A DNA stretch of 64,000 bases, taken from assembly GCA_025062275.1 (NCBI GenBank), contig JANXAP010000020.1, forward strand, positions 19,882 through 83,881. Direction: 5' to 3'. Source of the stretch: Dehalococcoidia bacterium. GTDB taxonomy: Bacteria; Chloroflexota; Dehalococcoidia; SM23-28-2; HRBIN24. Shown here in pieces: positions 61,134 through 64,000 of the stretch. The notes under the pieces were generated by a model that had not been told where the DNA came from, searched no databases, and was given only the letters and a program-made list of their open reading frames with translations. A program made the position numbers and the translations under genes. Every line of letters starts with the position of its first letter. The first letter of the stretch is position 1.

Positions 61134-62422
61134 CCCTGCGCATGGGGCCGGACGACGGCATCCTCCCCTCCCTGGAGGAGCAGGTGAGGGAGGTGATCCG
61201 GCGGGCGCCGCCGGATGAGGTGCTGGCGCCCGACGGCGCCGAGCGGCTGCGGCGGCGGGTGATGGGGTTCGTGGAGGAGTACAACCGGCGCCGCCAGCTG
61301 ATGGGGTATCCGCCCTTGGCCGGGGCGGAGCGGCTGGCCGAGGAGCTGCTGCGGCAGGTCCTGGGTGCCGGCCCCTTGCAGCCGCTGCTGGACGACCCCG
61401 ACGTGGAGGAGATCATGGTCAACGCCCCCGACAACGTGATGGTGGTGCGGGAGGGGGAGATCGAGGTGGCGCCGACGGTCTTTCGCGACGACGAGGAGGT
61501 GCTGGAGCTGGCGCAGCGGCTGGTGGGGCTGCGCGGGGAGAGGCTGGACTATTCGCAGCCGGTGGTGGACGTGATGCTGCCCGACCGGGCGCGGCTGCAC
61601 GCCGTCATTCCGCCCATAAGCGAGCATGTGGTGCTGACCATCCGCAAGTATACGGTGCGGGCGGAGGAGCTGTCGCAGCTGGTGGAGCTGGGCACATGCA
61701 CCGAGGAGGTGGCCCGCTTCTTGGAGGCGCTGGTGCTGGCCCGCAAGACGATCCTCGTGGTGGGCGGGACGTCATCGGGCAAGACGACCATGGTGAACTG
61801 CCTGGGCAACTGCATCCCGCCCAAGGAGCGGGTGGTAAGCATCGAGGACCGGGTGCGGGAGCTGCGCTTCGGCAGCCTGGCCAACTGGGTGCCCCTCGTG
61901 ACGCGTGGCCCCAACGCCGAGGGCGTGGGGGAGATCACCATGCAGCAGCTGGTGAAGGAGTCGCTGCGCATGCGGCCCGACCGCATCGTCATCGGCGAGA
62001 CGCGAGGTTCCGAGGCGCTGGACTTCCTGCGGGCGGTGACGAGCGACCACCCCGGGAGCCTCTCCACCATCCACGCCATGGGCGGTAGGCATGCCATGGA
62101 GCGGGTACGGATCTATGCCCAGATGGACCCGCGCCTGGCGCCGCCGCCCCACGTGGTGGACGAGCTGGTGGCGGAAGGGATCCAGTTCGTGGTCCACATG
62201 GGGCGGGTGCCGCGCTCGAGGCTGCGGCGGGTGCTGTCCGTCTGGGAGGCGACGGGCATGGAGCGGGAGGGGCCGCGCAGCACCTTCGTGGGCAACGACA
62301 TCTTCCGGCGCGGCGAGGACGGGCGGCTCCACTTCACGGGGGTGAGGCCCCGCTGCGCGCGGGAGGTGGAGCACCTGGGGCCCTTCCCGTGGAGCGCCAG
62401 GTCATTCTACGTGGGCGAGTAG
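61130..62422 (+). CDS. tadA: Flp pilus assembly ATPase CpaF/TadA
   Basis: GPLQPLLDDP.VEEIMVN, IRKY, GGTSSGKTT, SLRMRPDRIVIGETRG, STIHA. Confidence 0.92.
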   Translation: MTLRMGPDDGILPSLEEQVREVIRRAPPDEVLAPDGAERLRRRVMGFVEEYNRRRQLMGYPPLAGAERLAEELLRQVLGAGPLQPLLDDPDVEEIMVNAPDNVMVVREGEIEVAPTVFRDDEEVLELAQRLVGLRGERLDYSQPVVDVMLPDRARLHAVIPPISEHVVLTIRKYTVRAEELSQLVELGTCTEEVARFLEALVLARKTILVVGGTSSGKTTMVNCLGNCIPPKERVVSIEDRVRELRFGSLANWVPLVTRGPNAEGVGEITMQQLVKESLRMRPDRIVIGETRGSEALDFLRAVTSDHPGSLSTIHAMGGRHAMERVRIYAQMDPRLAPPPHVVDELVAEGIQFVVHMGRVPRSRLRRVLSVWEATGMEREGPRSTFVGNDIFRRGEDGRLHFTGVRPRCAREVEHLGPFPWSARSFYVGE

Positions 62423-62613
62423 AAGGAGGTGAAGGGCTAGGAAGAGGTCCCGAGGGTGAGGCAGGGCGGGAGGCCCGCCCTGCCGGGGGAGCCGGCCGCC
62501 CCTGCCCCTGCCAGGACCGGGGGGCGGCCGGGCACACGCCCGCAGCGATGATACATCCCCCCGGCCGAGAGCGCCAGGCCTCCTGCCCACCTCCTGGGGA
62601 GAGCCCGCAAGCC

Positions 62614-63618
62614 GTGGCCACGGCCCTTGCCCTGACCGTCGTCATCGCGGCCTTCCCCTTCCCGGAGATACCGCGCCCTTCGGGGGCGCTCTTCGCCATC
62701 CTCCTGGCCGTCGCCGCCCTCGGGGTCTACCTGGCCCTCTCGGAGAGGGCGGCGAGCCTCTTCATGCGGGCTGCTGCCGCGGCGGGCGGGGCCGTGCCGG
62801 GAGGGGCACGACCCCCCGTGTGGCATCCCGACGGCGTGAGGGAGCTCCTGGACGAGGCGGGCTACCACCGCGTCACGCCCCTCGCCTTCTACGGTGCCTG
62901 CGCCGCCGGTGCGGTCCTGGGGGCGCTGGTGGGGAACCTCCTCGCGCCGGGCGTGGCCGTGGTGATGGCCGCCGGCGCGGTGGGCGGCTTCATGGTCCCG
63001 TTCCACCTGGTGACCAGGCAGGCCGATGCGGTGGCCAGCAGGCGGCGGGGGCAGTTCGCCGAGGCGGTGGAGGTGCTGCGGGGCCTGATGCGCAGCGGCC
63101 ACGGCCTTGAGGGCAGCATCGCCTTCCTGGCCGAAAGAGGGCCGAAGCTGATGCAGCCGGTCATGCAGGAGGCGCTGGTGGCGCTGCGCACGGGCGGCAT
63201 GTACGAGGCGGCGGAGGTGCTGCGGCGCCGGGTCGCCTCCTATGACGGCGACCGGCTGGCCCTTGCCCTGGCGGCGGCGGTGGCCTACGGCGGCGGGAGC
63301 GTGGGGGCGGTCATCGAGGAGGTGGCGAGGGCGGTGAGGGACGACCTGCTGGTGCGGCGGGAGGCGGAGGCGGAGATGGCCAGGCAGGAGCTGGCGGCGC
63401 GCATCATCGGCGGCATGCCCATCGTCATCCTGGCCGCCATGTTCCGCTTCTCGCCGGAATATGCCGCCGTCTACCGGGAGCCGCTGGGGCAAGGGGTGCT
63501 GGCGGTCATGTTTGCCCTCATCGTGCTGGGCTACGTGCTCATGCGCAGGGGGATGCAGCTGCCCCGGGAGGGGAGGCTCCAGGTGAACCCGGCGCTCATA
63601 GGGGAGGCGCGGGCGTGA
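62614..63618 (+). CDS. TadB-like (T2SS F family) membrane protein
   Basis: TMs; 'FAEAVEVL...MRSGHGL', 'GGSVG.VI..VA..VR'; start uncertain (62548 or 62614). Confidence 0.8.
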   Translation: MATALALTVVIAAFPFPEIPRPSGALFAILLAVAALGVYLALSERAASLFMRAAAAAGGAVPGGARPPVWHPDGVRELLDEAGYHRVTPLAFYGACAAGAVLGALVGNLLAPGVAVVMAAGAVGGFMVPFHLVTRQADAVASRRRGQFAEAVEVLRGLMRSGHGLEGSIAFLAERGPKLMQPVMQEALVALRTGGMYEAAEVLRRRVASYDGDRLALALAAAVAYGGGSVGAVIEEVARAVRDDLLVRREAEAEMARQELAARIIGGMPIVILAAMFRFSPEYAAVYREPLGQGVLAVMFALIVLGYVLMRRGMQLPREGRLQVNPALIGEARA

Positions 63619-64000
63619 TGGAGCTGCCGCCGGCCGGTGGAGTCCTGGCCTCGGCCCTTGGTGGCATAGGGGTCTTCCTCGTGACACGGGCGGTGCTGGA
63701 CCGCCCCTTCCGGTCGCGGCGGGTGGCGCGGCTGCGGCGCATCACCCCTGTGGAGCGGCCCCTGATAGGCGAGGAGCGGCAGGAGGCGCCCCTCTTCCGG
63801 ACGCCCCTCCTGGAGGAGCTGGTGGGCCAGCCCCTGCGGCGGGCGGGCGAGGTGCTGGCGGGCGTGCTGCGGATGGTGGGCGGCCCGGAGGAGCTGGCGA
63901 GCAAGCTGGAGAGGGCCGGGACGGGCATGTCGCCGCCGGCCTACTACGGGCAGCGGCTCCTGTGGTTCCTGGTGGGGTGCATCATCGCTGCCATGGTGGG
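63618..64000 (+). CDS. TadC-like membrane protein (3'-truncated by window)
   Basis: ATG overlaps tadB stop; TM, 'LASKLERAG' pattern. Confidence 0.7.
   Translation, partial: MELPPAGGVLASALGGIGVFLVTRAVLDRPFRSRRVARLRRITPVERPLIGEERQEAPLFRTPLLEELVGQPLRRAGEVLAGVLRMVGGPEELASKLERAGTGMSPPAYYGQRLLWFLVGCIIAAMV

Larger units (their letters stand above)
58761..64000. mobile_element. Left end of a putative integrative element inserted in amtB (continues beyond window)
   Basis: Gene disruption, AT-rich repeat-rich junction, shift to G-ending codons, Tad locus; integrase not in window. Confidence 0.65.

Overview
High-GC (~70%) bacterial chromosome segment. Gene content suggests a thermophilic Chloroflexota (Dehalococcoidia-like) organism; this is inference. 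Most of 1-58,760 is host housekeeping and catabolic DNA: metG, tatD, rsmI, guaB3, ruvB, proB/proA, split transketolase, galE, fabF, folC, class V FBP aldolase/phosphatase, rdgB, moaAC, tsaD, rsmD-coaD, leuS, tRNA-Ala(GGC), an archaeal-type KaiC pair, a Fur/Zur-metal ABC operon, a thiolase-like/DUF35 pair, an LLM oxidoreductase and an amtB-glnK-X-flotillin-glnA operon. Six features stand out. (1) A ~235-nt structured intergenic RNA candidate at 51,916-52,150 whose motif blocks look like a circularly permuted raiA-motif RNA. (2) amtB is cut mid-gene at ~58,760 by an apparent integrative element; an AT-rich, repeat-rich att-like segment is followed by a Tad/Flp pilus locus. (3) A peroxiredoxin has an in-frame UGA at its peroxidatic Cys position (probable selenoprotein). 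(4) An unknown 4-repeat protein and a flotillin sit inside the nitrogen operon. (5) Two genes seem to start at ATC in an identical context. (6) A 31-aa ribosomal protein bS22 gene is missed by the ORF track. All assignments come from motif recognition by eye; no searches were run.
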